A DNA stretch of 64,000 nt from Eledone cirrhosa (lineage: Eukaryota), in NCBI GenBank assembly GCA_964016885.1, contig OZ024741.1:324136001-324200000 (forward strand). Reading direction: 5' to 3'. Within the stretch, counting starts at the first letter, position 1. The number at the start of each line of letters is the position of its first letter. Shown in pieces: positions 44,530 through 58,595 of the stretch. A program made the translations under genes and the position numbers. Under the pieces are notes generated by a model, which had not been told where the DNA came from, searched no databases, and was given only the letters and a program-made list of their open reading frames with translations.

Positions 44530-46676
44530 TATAATGACCGAAACATGTAGGACAACACAAAAGACAGTGGGAATTTACAAACGATGAAAGAATTGAAAAC
44601 GTGTAAACAAATATAGCAGATAACAATAAACAATAAAAACATAACAATAAAACACCACCATAGGGGTAATTTATGAACCCAACAGATCCTAAACCACTCT
44701 AATTTACAAGAGCACCATTGGAAGGTGCTCTTATACTCTCGAAACTTTCAGCCTTTAGGTGAATAGTCTGATGAAGCACAGCCACTCGGCCCATTCTCAC
44801 TACATTCCCCCACCATATAACAAATGTATTGGGCCGTAGCACTCCCCACTCCACCACTACCACCTTCCTTTTCATGTGGAACGTGATAAAGTTGATGAGG
44901 ACTTGGCCGAAGAAGAATGTGTGTGACTTCAGTACTTCTAGTCCACCATAGAACCTCATATACTACAGCTACCAGACTGGGGAAACAGCTTGCCCTTCCT
45001 AGCCAAAAGAAGAGAGCGGGGGTAATTTCCCGATTGACTCTGTCGGAAGCGGGATTCGTGCTACACACGATATTAGCTGTTCGACAAAACCCCACAAATC
45101 AGCAATGCCCGGCCACTGGACAAGTGTATACAACTAGTTTCATCGCCCAGCGAGCATCACAAACAAGTCCGTCTGACAGCACTTCTGTATCTGTACAGTT
45201 TTTTCTCGAATAAGCAGCGCCTCCGGTAGCACTGCCAAGGTAGGGATTTCTGGAGATGCTCATAAACCCCGGCCCGAAAGTTCTCCGGAACAGACTGGTT
45301 AGTTCAATTTCCCGACGCCCAGAGATTCTCCGTAAACTTGTTGTGGTTGTATTTTTTGTGTTTTCCGGTGAGTTTATTGATGTGATGCAAGTTGATTTCT
45401 GTGTTTTCTTTTTTTCGTTTTGGGGTTTGGGGGATTCCCCCTCATTTTCTGTTCGAGATGAGGAGGTATCGGTGTCAGCGGACTCTGTCTCTGATATGGG
45501 TTAGAGTATGTTTATGTGAGTCTCTATATATCAGTTAGTATTTAGAGAAGACGGAGAGAGAGAGAGACAAAGAGAGAGAGAGAGAAAGAGGGGGGCTTCG
45601 TCGGGAGCCCCCATTTTGGGTGTTTTCCACGTTGTTTGATGTTCATGGTGGTGTTAGTAGTGTTGGTGCTGTTGCTGAGGTTGTCGGTGCCACTGTCGAT
45701 GATATTGCTGCTGCTACCGTTGTTGATGTCGCTGTTGTTGTAGTTATTCGCTACTGGTACTCTTGTTGTTGTTGAGTTCCTGATGTTGGCAGCATTGTAC
45801 TCTGTGGTTTCTTGCTGTTTTACGTTGAGACCAAAAAGTGCTTAGGTAATGGTTTTTCCACACCAGTAACACATAGGCTCTTTGCCATCAATGGCAACTC
45901 GTAACAAATTTGTTGGTTTGATCGAGAAAAGTATTTCTAGACTGGTCAAAGGCCAGTTCTCCCTCCGGGCCCTCTGTACTTTGAGGAGGATTTCGCTTCT
46001 TTCCAGAACGACGCATGTTAGCATCCACCATATGCCTAATTCTGGCGGAAACCAGCAATTCGTATTTTGAGTATTCTACTTCCAATGTAAGAGGGAAACA
46101 TTATAATTTGGTCCGTTTTCGAGGGGACCACCGTGTATTTCTTTGCAAAGACCTTCGTTTTGAAGAGTACTAAGATGCTCCCAAACTGATTGCCCCTTGC
46201 AACGTGTTTGCATCAAGCCTTACAGAGCTGTTTCCTATTGGAATTGTGGGGCCAGCTCTGGGTTTTTGGTTTTGATGCCGATTAATGTGAATGTTAGCAT
46301 TTTTTCGGTGGCTACCAACACTTCAGGCGGAACAATTATGTTGGCCCAGGTTTTCACAACTGTTAATAGTTTCGCTGTCTGAGCCAAACATTCGCATCTC
46401 CTGCTCAAGTCTATGTGAAACATTTCCATATTTTTCGTAGCACTTTTAATTAGTTGTTGCTGCTGTTACTGCTGTTGTTGTCATTGTTGCCGTTGTCGTT
46501 GCTGCTGCTACAGTTTCTCTTGTCATTGTTGAAGCTGCTGTTGTTGTTGTTTCTATGGATGTTGTTGTCAATATTGTTGTTGCTGCTGCTGTTGCCGTTG
46601 TTTTTGTTGTCGTTAATGATTTTGTTCTTGTTATTTTTGTCGTTGCAGTCGTTTCTGCTACTGATATGTTTGTTAG

Positions 46677-46707
<31 letters not shown>

Positions 46708-46810
46708 CGACCTTGTTGATTGTTACAGTAGTGATGCTGGTAACAGTGGTGTTGTTGGGGTGATGGTGTTATTGCTGCACGTTGGACATTTTCTGAAATC
46801 ACGAGTCATT
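44530..46810 (-). mobile_element. Internally deleted Tx1-like LINE (ORF1 remnant fused to ORF2 C-terminus and 3' UTR)
   Basis: 44860-45330 is homologous to 34975-35450; ORF1-like DGKEPMCYWCGK knuckle and Thr-rich N-terminus. Confidence 0.75.
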
Positions 46811-47084
46811 TTTGTGGGTTGGGGTGTCACCCATCCACAAAAATGCAATTGTGGATGGGGGTGTCAGCAACTGTGGATGGAGGTGTCACCTCCATTAAAA
46901 GAATCCCTCTTCTGTCACCAAGTACCGATGGTCGAAAATATTGGAAGCTTTCGATTGATCCTAAGTTGATCATGGCCCCGTCCCTACTAGGTTCCTTAGG
47001 TATAATCTGTCATAGTATTTCAGAATCAAACTTCATGTATGTAATACCGACGAGGAGTATTAATGTGGTAGTGCAGTGCACATA

Positions 47085-47205
47085 TATAATTGTTTCTACT
47101 TTTGGCACAAGGCCAGCAATTCCCCAGTGCATTACTGGTACTTCATTTTATCGACACCGTAAGGATGAGAGGCAAAGTTAACCTTGGCGGGATTTGAAAT
47201 CAGAA
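47085..47205 (-). mobile_element. Partial SINE
   Basis: Core and tail. Confidence 0.75.
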
Positions 47206-47260
47206 TATAATAATAGAAAATTTGCAAAGTAAAAAACGTAAGTCATTTTAGTCTTGTTCA

Positions 47261-50200
47261 TCTATATATATAAAACTGTGGTTGTCTGTCTGTCTATCGA
47301 TTTTTGGCACACATCTCCTCTTAGAATCTCTCACGGAATTGCACCGAAATTGCTATACTTGTACATTGAGCCTTAGCGAAGACATCGGAAAAAAAATATT
47401 TCAAATTGACCCACCCTATGTGACGAAATCGAATATAATGTATCGATTTTTGAGCGTAAGTTATCAGTTATTTCCCTTTGTTCTGTTTACATTGAGCGTC
47501 TTACGTAAAAAATTACGCTGGCTTTCTCAGCGTTTAAAATGACATTAACACAATACACGAGCAGACAGTTGTCGAGCCAGCAAAATATTGACCTGCAAAA
47601 TTCATCAGTTCGAACACTAAGCTTCCGTTTTGCTTCATTTCCATTTAAAAGCATTTTAAAACAATATTTTTACTTGAAAACAAGTCTATTTAAAGACTAC
47701 GTAAAACAAGCAAATATTTCGTCGTTAGGCGTGCAGACAGACAGTCGTGCAGACAGACAGTCGTGCAGAGAGGTGATATACGCGTGCAGACAGACAGTCG
47801 TGCAGAGAGGTGATATAGGCGTGCAGACAGATAGTCGTGCAGAGAGGTGATATAGGCGTGCAGACAGACAGTCGTGCAGAGAGGTGATATAGGCGTGCAG
47901 ACAGACATAACTGATAATTTGGTTACGCTAATGTTTTTATCTGCTTTGCAGTGTTTACATTTTCGATCTTTGTTAATAAATAACCAGTGCAGTTTTTATC
48001 CCCAGCATCCTCTTTTGTTATAACATTCGGGTTATCGTTATGTTTTCTTAACTTCATAAGGCATATTGTTGTTTGAGGGAATATTAATCAAAAACACCAC
48101 ATGCAAGTCTGCACAGTAGACACTACAGTTTTTAAGCCAAAAAAGAAACTTAACATTGTAACTTTAACACAGCTACTGAGCGACCCCGAGCAACGCCGGG
48201 CTTTACTGCTAGTAACTGATAATTTGGTTACGCTAATGTTTTTCTCTGCGTTGCAGTGTTTACATTTTCGATCTTTGTTAATAAATAACCAGTGCAGTTT
48301 CTATCCCCAGCATCCTCTTTTGTTATAACATTCGGGTTATCGTTATGTTTTCTTAACTTCATAAGGCATATTGTTGGTTGAGGGAATATTAATCAAAAAC
48401 ACCACATGCAAGTCTGCACAGTAGACACTACAGTTTTTAAGCCAAGAAAGAAACTTAACATTGTAACTTTAACACAGCTACTGAGCGACCCCGAGCAACG
48501 CCGGGCTTTACTGCTAGTCTATATATATAAAACTGTGGTTGTCTGTCTGTCTATCGATTTTTGGCACACATCTCCTCTTAGAATCTCTCACGGAATTGCA
48601 CCGAAATTGCTATACTTGTACATTGAGCCCTAGCGAAGACATCGGAAAAAAATATTTCAAATTGACCCACCCTATGTGACGAAATCGAATATAATGTATC
48701 GATTTTTGAGCGTAAGTTATCAGTTATTTCCCTTTGTTCTGTTTACATTGAGCGTCTTACGTAAAAAATTACGCTGGCTTTCTCAGCGTTTAAAATGACA
48801 TTAACACAATACACGAACAGACAGTTGTCGAGCCAGCAAAATATTGACCTGCAAAATTCATCAGTTCGAACACTAAGCTTCCGTTTTGCTTCATTTCCAT
48901 TTAAAAGCATTTTAAAACAATATTTTTACTTGAAAACAAGTCTATTTAAAGACTACGTAAAACAAGCAAATATTTCGTCGTTAGGCGTGCAGACAGACAG
49001 TCGTGCAGAGAGGTGATATACGCGTGCAGACAGATAGTCGTGCAGAGAGGTGATATACGCGTGCAGACAGACAGTCGTGCAGAGAGGTGATATAGGCGTG
49101 CAGACAGACAGTCGTGCAGAGAGGTGATATAGGCGTGCAGACAGACAGTCGTGCAGAGGGGTGATATAGGCGTGCAGACAGACATAACTGATAATTTGGT
49201 TACGCTAATGTTTTTCTCTGCGTTGCAGTGTTTACATTTTCGATCTTTGTTAATAAATAACCAGTGCAGTTTCTATCCCCAGCATCCTCTTTTGTTATAA
49301 CATTCGGGTTATCGTTGTTTTCTTAACTTCATAAGGCATATTGTTGGTTGAGGGAATATTAATCAAAAACACCACATGCAAGTCTGCACAGTAGACACTA
49401 CAGTTTTTAAGCCAAGAAAGAAACTTAACATTGTAACTTTAACACAGCTACTGAGCGACCCCGAGCAACGCCGGGCTTTACTGCTAGTCTATATATATAA
49501 AACTGAGGTTGTCTGTCTGTCTACTAAAACCTTCGGCACACATCTCCTCTTAAACCGTACGTTCAAATTTCGGTGAAATTGCTACACTTATAGATGAAGG
49601 TCCGGCGGAACCATCGGTCAAATACATTTTCAAATCGACCCACGCCAAGTGTAAAAATCGAATTTGTAATGTATTGATTTTTCAGTTCAAATGTATAAAT
49701 AGAGATGAGAGACGAGTTATTTCAATTTTATGGCGTCATTTGCTTATCTATTTATGTTACGTATAAACGACGCGGTGGACCGAGAAGAACAATTTCATGC
49801 AAAGAGAAGACCAAGTTTATGGTGTAAATGGAGTCGTTAGCCTAATATTCTATTTAAAATAACCGAATGATTTCCAGCCCCGGAGTTTAAGAATGATGTA
49901 AATAAAATTGTAAACGAAAATGACAGGTTATTAAAATAGTTGTTTCTACTTTTGGAACAAGGCCAGCAATTAAACAGTACATTACTGGTACTTTATTTTA
50001 TCGACCCCGTAAGGATGAAAGGCAAAGTTAACCTCGACGGGATTTTAACTTTGCCTTAACATAGTAAAAATAAATAGGGAAGATTTAGGCCAGTACATAC
50101 GTATGCACCGACGAACATACACATACTTATACATACGCACACACAAATACATACACACACACGCACGTGCGCGTGCGCGCGTGTGTGTAAACCTTATGCA

Positions 50201-50603
50201 TTTCTACAGTATTTTCAGTTACTCATGTACTCCGGATGGTCATGGACACTTTCATTTTTCCAGATATTGATTATAGGGCCTCTCGGCGGATAACGCCCTT
50301 TAACCACTTCCTTGGAGTCGACTGAAGCACTGCAGTGCAATGCAAAAAAAACGTCATAACTTCTGGAGTTCGCAACCGATTTTCACAAAACTTGACACAT
50401 GGGATACGTTTGTTCTACAGATGAATGTGAACTCTCAGAATTGGCACATATTGAGTAGGGGACCCCTGAGGGCAGGAACCCCCTTTTGGAAAAAGTCGAT
50501 GAGTTTATAAAAGTATAGTTTTCGAAGCAGCACTGAAGTATTGACATAAATGGTATACATAACTGCTATTTAATACCCGAGCAACGCCGGGTACCTCTGC
50601 TAG
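47261..50603 (+). mobile_element. Head-to-tail array of non-autonomous Helitrons (units 47261-48212, 48213-48517 partial, 48518-49487, 49488-50603 different subfamily containing a SINE)
   Basis: 5' A|TCTATATATATAAAACTG; 3' subterminal hairpin cccgagcaacgccggg then CTAG|T; junctions CTAG-TC. Confidence 0.85.
47728..47907 (+). repeat. About 36-bp minisatellite inside the Helitron (second array at 48984-49184)
   Basis: Unit gcgtgcagacagacagtcgtgcagagaggtgatata(g). Confidence 0.9.
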
Positions 50604-50671
50604 TCTTTCGATAAAAATACACAGAATGAAAAAAAAAACAAACCCAAAACAACAATTTTCTAAAGCACCAT

Positions 50672-50710
<39 letters not shown>

Positions 50711-50716
50711 TCTCTC

Positions 50717-50760
<44 letters not shown>

Positions 50761-50766
50761 CCTCTT

Positions 50767-50800
<34 letters not shown>

Positions 50801-50888
50801 ACACATATATATATATATTTATGATGTCACAGTTTTAATGTTGACTGAAAGAATTACTGAGTAATTCTTTTCATTTTTGTTTCTGCAG

Positions 50889-50903
50889 AGGAAATAGAAA
50901 TGC
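50889..50903 (+). other. Candidate 15-nt micro-exon
   Basis: ..ttcttttcatttttgtttctgcag|AGGAAATAGAAATGC|gtaagt: strong acceptor and consensus donor, length a multiple of 3. Confidence 0.4.
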
Positions 50904-51127
50904 GTAAGTAAACACTGGCTCTAAAATGGCATCCTTGTAGCCACAACAGCTTGTTTACTTAATAACTTTTACCTTCTCTGTAGACACAGAAATTAAAAGA
51001 ATTAGCCATTAATTCCATGAATCAATGTTCAGATTGAGAAAGAATTTCCATGTATGTTTTGATTTCTTTTCTTGAAATAATTGGTCTTTGCTATTTTTGC
51101 ATTATTATATACACAAACTCACACACG

Positions 51128-51213
<86 letters not shown>

Positions 51214-51294
51214 AACTCACACACGTATATACACACAAACTCATACACGAATATATATATATATATAAAAATATATATAAATATATATATATAG

Positions 51295-51655
51295 TTTTGC
51301 GAGGTTTTTGATATGAAATCGTGTGTCGAAACAAATATTGTTATACTTGGGGAGGGTCATATTTGTGTAATATTGCCAGAATTAATAACAGAACACACTC
51401 ACTGTTTGGTTGGTTTTCGCTTTTCGGTTCTGTGTCTTTTATATCGGTTAATTTAATTTATTCGGTCCTCAATGTTGCCATTGACTGACCAACGGTCAAA
51501 AATACAGATACAATATAGACACAAACACATATATATATAGTTTATCAAAGTTCTTTCGTTGCAGATCTGCAACATCGTCAGTGGTGCTATTGTTTCCTCC
51601 TGTTGCATTGTATTTTCTACGCCATCTTTATTTAGTCTAAATAAAGATGGCGTAG

Positions 51656-51660
<5 letters not shown>
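51295..51660 (-). mobile_element. Solo PLE pLTR (same family as 24810-25430) with HHR at 51544-51586 and a short terminal fold-back
   Basis: High similarity to 24830-25155; reverse complement ACCA-CUGACGA-U-GUUGCA GAUC UGCAAC-GAAAG AA CUU-UGAU. Confidence 0.78.
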
Positions 51661-51685
<25 letters not shown>

Positions 51686-51689
<4 letters not shown>

Positions 51690-52795
51690 TTAACACAAAT
51701 CAATATATTTGATAAACACAAATATCCTCATATTGTAGATGACCAAGTTAGCTAGATAGAAATATACTAATAATAATATTACAGTTTGCCTATCATGACT
51801 TAAGATAATACATCATAAATCAACAAAAACAAATTGTATTGGCAATGACCGTAGTGCTTGGACAAATTTAAATTTCAAAATCAAACCTGTTCCGTAGACA
51901 GGTTTAAACCTTAAAATCCAAATATGTTTCGAATAATGAAAAAGTGGAAGAAAATACCGCATTTTGATCTCCTCAGCAAGCACTATAAAAATTGGTATGT
52001 TCCACTTCAAAATATTTAGGAAGACTGTTTAGCGCACGAGGTAACCTCATGCGGTTATCCAGTGTCTAGCTAGCCTCATACTCGTGCTGCTAGAAATAAC
52101 AGCCGTTTGTATGGGGCTAAAATCAGCTCAACGGAGGAGCAGAAATAATTATATTACACGGCTCAGAAATAATCTTTCTTCGAGCTATTTCATTGTAAAT
52201 GATCGCCTGAGATTTGAACTTATTATTATTGATTTTTCACTGCTCCTTCGTTGAGCTGATTATAGCCCCATACAAACGGCTGTTATTTCTAGCAGCACGA
52301 GTATGAGGCTAGCTAGACACTGGATAACCGCATGAGGTTACCTCGTGCGCTAAACAGTCTTCCTAAATATTTTGAAGTGGAACATAGCAATTTTTATAGT
52401 GCTTGGTGAGGAGATCAAAATGCGGTATTTTTTTCCACTTTTTCATTATTCGAAACATATTTGGATTTTAAGGTTTAAACCTGTCTACGGAACAGGTTTG
52501 ATTTTGAAATTTAAATTTGTCCAAGCACTACGGCCATTGCCAATACAATTTGTTTTTGTTGATTTATGATGTATTATCTTAAGTCATGATAGGCAAACTG
52601 TAATATTATTATTCGTATATTTCTATCTAGCTAACTTGGTCATCTACAATACAAACATAAGTATGAGGTTATTTGTGTTTATCAAATATATTGATTTGTG
52701 TTAACCTATATTACACGGCTCAGAAATAATCTTTCTTCGAGCTATTTCATTGTAAATGATCGCCTGAGATTTGAACTCATTATTATTGATTTTTT
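51686..52795. mobile_element. ORF-less inverted plus tandem pLTR-like unit carrying large hammerheads
   Basis: 51686-52146 is inverted at 52236-52712; 52150-52235 is directly repeated at 52710-52795. Confidence 0.8.
51852..51985 (-). ncRNA. Large type I hammerhead with about 70-nt stem III (twin at + 52397-52530 has a C3>G change)
   Basis: Reverse complement: UAGUGCUUG-CUGAGGA-GA..UC-GAAAC AUAUUU GGAUUUUAAGG..AAACCUGU..ACAGGUUU..UUUUGAAAUUU AAAUUU GUC-CAAGCACUA. Confidence 0.7.
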
Positions 52796-52897
52796 TGATT
52801 TTTTTAAATATATATATATATATATATATATATAGGGAGAAAAAAACGATTATTAGGAAGAAAAATATATTATTTTCCTTATTTATATATATACATA

Positions 52898-53482
52898 CTA
52901 CTGGTAACATGTATCCCAGTACAACCTGTCTCATGGTCGGGTCGTTGGCGACTAAACTGGCAACCCCACCAAGGTTTCTTGGTGAGGAGGGTGACTTTGG
53001 ACATCCTGCAGGACTAAAAACAAAACCTGTCAAAGGGCAAAGGAGCTCTTAAGAGTCAATGGCCATCCAAAATCACCGGGAGAGATGACCCCTTAGCCTT
53101 TGTCAAGGCAGAATTCTAGGAGAAGGAAAACTCTGATATAACACCTGCAACCTGGATGGTATCCAATGATGTTGACTTGTTCTTCTTTTTCGTAAATATC
53201 ATCTTGTTTAAGAGAGTGAGACTGGCTTTGTGCAGTGCCTTTGCTCACTATAAAAGCTTCACGGCACAGGCATTGCTTTATATCTGGAGATCTCTCTGCA
53301 CTTGTCGTCACATGGTACCATGGGCCCAGCACTATGTGTCAATAATTCTCACAGGTGTAGTATTTGTACCAGAGTTTTCAAGTCGCTGGCTGGACTAAAA
53401 AGTCACACTCGTTCAGCGCATCGGTAGGGGTTCTCCTACGTGGATATAAAGTAGTGGGCGTACTCGAAAACGAGTTGCAACC
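52898..53482 (+). mobile_element. Second copy of the bipartite RTE-derived element
   Basis: About 240 bp essentially identical to 28941-29180; 3' part CTRVFKSLAGLKSHTRSAHR*. Confidence 0.7.
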
Positions 53483-53584
53483 CAAAAGAACTAGAGAGAC
53501 ACATACAACACTTCATTCACCGTATGCAGTTCTCTGGTTACAATCAGAGAGATAAAATCAGAGTATATAGAGGAACCAGAACCA

Positions 53585-54643
53585 AATGGTAAATAATGAT
53601 ACAAATGGGACCTGCTCCTTGTATAGGAGCAAATTTTGGAATAGAATAGAAACAACTAGGAATAAGGTTAATAGAATAAACTCATGGTATGATAGCAATA
53701 AATACCAGTGTAATGTTCATCAATACAACCCCTAGAGGTGAATTAGCTTAAATATTTAGAAGGGCCCTAGATAAACTTAAACTTAATATTAAGATAGTAG
53801 AAAGACCAGGTACCTCCATAAATCACTTATTAGCAATACATACACTTTTCAAAGACCTCCCTGTATAGATAATAAATAATCTGTAAACTAAGCCCCCCTA
53901 TTAACTGTAAAACTAGAAATGTAGTATATAGCATAAGATGTACTGAAGGACAATGTAAAGATAAGAATATAGTGCACATAGGTGAGACAGCTCGTAGTAT
54001 AGGAGAACGGTTAAATGAACACTGGCGAGAACTTCAATATAAAAAAGAATTATCAATACTCCACCAACATGCTAAAATAGAACATAAGGGCAAATTAGAG
54101 AACATAGAAATAAAAATAGAATCTACACACAGAAAAGACGCAATGTTTAGACAAATCACAGAGGCAATAAACATAAATGAACTCCAACCAAAATTAAATA
54201 GAAAACATGAATGGAATAACAATAACAACTTACAATTAAGGACAAAATGAAAACACACACACACATAGAACAAACAACCAACCAGTAACATGTAAATAAA
54301 CAAATAAATAATCAAATAAATAAACAAATTAAAAACACACACAGACACCCGGATGTAACACATGCGCAAACTAAGCACACAACAAACACAAAAGCAAGAT
54401 TACGTAGGACAGAATAAAGGAGAGGCACAAAACAAAGAAAAGAATCCACAGTCAGTGAAGAGGTCACAGAATGTATGACGAAAGAACTTTGACAATATAT
54501 GAACAACCGTCCGATTATGGAACCAACCAACCAACCGGAAATTTATAAATTCTTAAATTCATAAATTTAATTTATAAGAAATTGGAGTGAAAGCAACTGG
54601 TGCGTGTGTTTCTTATTGGCAACATGACCCTTCCAAAGCATAA

Positions 54644-54645
<2 letters not shown>
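53585..54645 (+). mobile_element. 5'-truncated PLE (GIY-YIG + pLTR), same family as 8510-10815; HHR at 54450-54493 with C3>G
   Basis: ORF 53972-54250 HIGETARSIGERLNEH is close to 8981-9250; pLTR homologous to 8580-8990. Confidence 0.88.
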
Positions 54646-54693
<48 letters not shown>

Positions 54694-54794
54694 GTATATA
54701 TGTATATATACATATATATATATGTATGTATATATATATATATATATATATAAATATATACATTCACATATATATATATATATACATATATATG

Positions 54795-54939
<145 letters not shown>

Positions 54940-55050
54940 GTATGTGTATATATATGTATATATACATATATACATATATATATATATATACATATTTATA
55001 TATATACATATATATACATGTATGTATGTATATATATATATATGTGTGTG

Positions 55051-55085
<35 letters not shown>

Positions 55086-55406
55086 CAATGTATGCATGTA
55101 TAGATAGATAAAATATGACAGGCTTGAAAGCAAATTTAAATCGACAGGAATTAGTACTCAATGTCTCGGTGAAGTGTGAAAAACATTCATTGGTGACATA
55201 ATTATAGAACGATATACAGGCAAACAGCACTACTTACAACCACAATCATGCGTACACACAAATGCATACACACAGACTCATACACACACATGTGTGTGTT
55301 CATATATCTTCTCGTCTCCATACATGAAATTAAGAATACGCAAATAAAATATGTGTTTAGTCTCAGGAATATATATATATACATATACATACATATATAT
55401 CAACAT

Positions 55407-55437
<31 letters not shown>

Positions 55438-55539
55438 CAGATATATGTATATGCATATATATGTACATATACATATATATACATATATATATATCATATA
55501 TACATATCCATATTCATATATATACACATATATACACAC

Positions 55540-55570
<31 letters not shown>

Positions 55571-55871
55571 ACTCTGTGTGTGTATACAAATACATATTTA
55601 TATACACATATATATAAATATAAATATATATGTTTATACATATGTATATAAGTATATACATACGCACACAGACACATGCATACATGCATACACATTGTAT
55701 TTTCAACTTCTTTTTCATATATATATATATATATAAGTTCATGTCGGGTTGAATCGGTTGTAACCACAGAAAGTAAGGTACTCAATACAAAACAGACTAT
55801 GAATGTTTAATATAGAAAAGCTTCTACAGGACTAGAACTGTTTCATTCGTGAGAAATTATCTGGAAGCTCT

Positions 55872-55924
<53 letters not shown>

Positions 55925-55931
<7 letters not shown>

Positions 55932-57119
55932 TATGTATACGTACATACATATATGTATACAGACGTACAGTAGTATGTATATATATATATACATACATAC
56001 ACACATATATATATGTACGTATGGATTCACCGAACATTTATTATAACGCTCGGTGTGTTTGTAAACAAACATCCCGTATTAAGCCGTAGTGTCTAGCAAC
56101 CATCGTTGCTCGTTTGTTCAACACTGACAAAGGAACGCTGTACTAGTTTCAAGCTTATTAGCTATCGTCAGCAACGTATACCTTTCCTGCCAGACGATTG
56201 AACGTCTGAAAGTATATACTTTCCTTATGTATATTAACGGCTGAGTAGCCCAATTTGCATATCGTTTTCGGCCGATTAACCCACTGGATATGCAAATTGG
56301 GCTGTATACATATATGTATGTACGTATACATATATGTATGTACGTATACATACTTATATTTAAGTAACAGCCGTACAAAGAGTGGGAAATGAAATTTCGT
56401 TTCATTTTTTCCGTTTATCGTTTTCGGTGCACCCGGCCGATTAACCCACTCGATATGCAAATTGGGCTACTCAGCCGTTAATATGCATAAGGAAAGTATA
56501 TACTTTCAGACGTTCAATCATCTGGCAGGAAGGTATACGTTGCTGACGATAGCTAATAAGCTTGAAACTAGTACAGCGTTCCTTTGTCAGTATTGAACAA
56601 ACGAGCAACGATGGTTGCTAGACACTACGGCTTAATACGGGATGTTTGTTTACAAACACACCGAGCATTATAATAAATGTTCGGTGAATCCATACGTACA
56701 TATATATATGTGTGTATGTATGTATATATATATAAATATACATACTACTGTACGTCTGTATACATATATGTATGTACGTATACACACTTATATTTAAGTA
56801 ACAGCCGTACAAAGAGTGGGAAATGAAATTTCGTTTCATTTTTTCCGTTTATCGTTTTCGGTGCACCCGGCCGATTAACCCACTCGATATGCAAATTGGG
56901 CTACTCAGCCGTTAATATGCATAAGGAAAGTTTATACTTTCAGACATTCAATCATCTGGCAGGAAGGTATACGTTGCTAAAGATAGCTAATACGCTTGAA
57001 ACTAGTCCAGCGTTCCTTTGTCAGTGTTGAACAAACGAGCAACCATGGTTGCTAGACACTACGGGATGTTTATTTACAAACACACCGAGCATTATAATAA
57101 ATGTTCGGTGAATCCATAC

Positions 57120-57164
<45 letters not shown>

Positions 57165-57294
57165 CATGTATGTATATATATATATACATACTACTGTACG
57201 TCTGTATACATATATGTATGTACGTATACATACATATATTTAAATAACAGCCGTACTAAGAGTGGGAAATAAAATTTCGTTTCATTTTTCCGTT

Positions 57295-57295
<1 letters not shown>
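55925..57295. mobile_element. Inverted plus tandem array of about 430-bp non-coding units, each with a minimal HHR (retrozyme/pLTR-like)
   Basis: HHRs at 56135-56177 (-), 56537-56579 (+), 56971-57013 (+, degenerate); period 434 bp; flanked by (TA)n. Confidence 0.8.
56537..56579 (+). ncRNA. Minimal type I hammerhead with palindromic ACUAGU stem-loop III
   Basis: ACGUUG-CUGACGA-U AGCU AAUA AGCU U-GAAA CUAG UA-CAGCGU. Confidence 0.75.
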
Positions 57296-57337
<42 letters not shown>

Positions 57338-57548
57338 CGAAAGAAATGTGGTAAGGAACCAGATGGACCATAACGCATCAAGTCCAGAATTAGCCGTCGA
57401 AACAGCTTGAGCTCAGCCGTATCAGTCCTACTCGTTCCTATATATATATATGTATGTATATCCCGGGTTCAATCACGGGTAACCACAGAAAGTAAAGTAC
57501 TCAACACAAAGCTGAATATATATATATATAAATATATATATAATATGT

Positions 57549-58548
<1,000 letters not shown>

Positions 58549-58595
58549 GTGCATAGTATTTATTTATATATTTCTTTCTTATTTGTACAACTCAG

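Noticed and set aside
47728-49184. ~36-bp repeats resembling a CRISPR array
   Set aside because: Units are contiguous with no unique spacers, there are no cas genes, and the context is a eukaryotic Helitron
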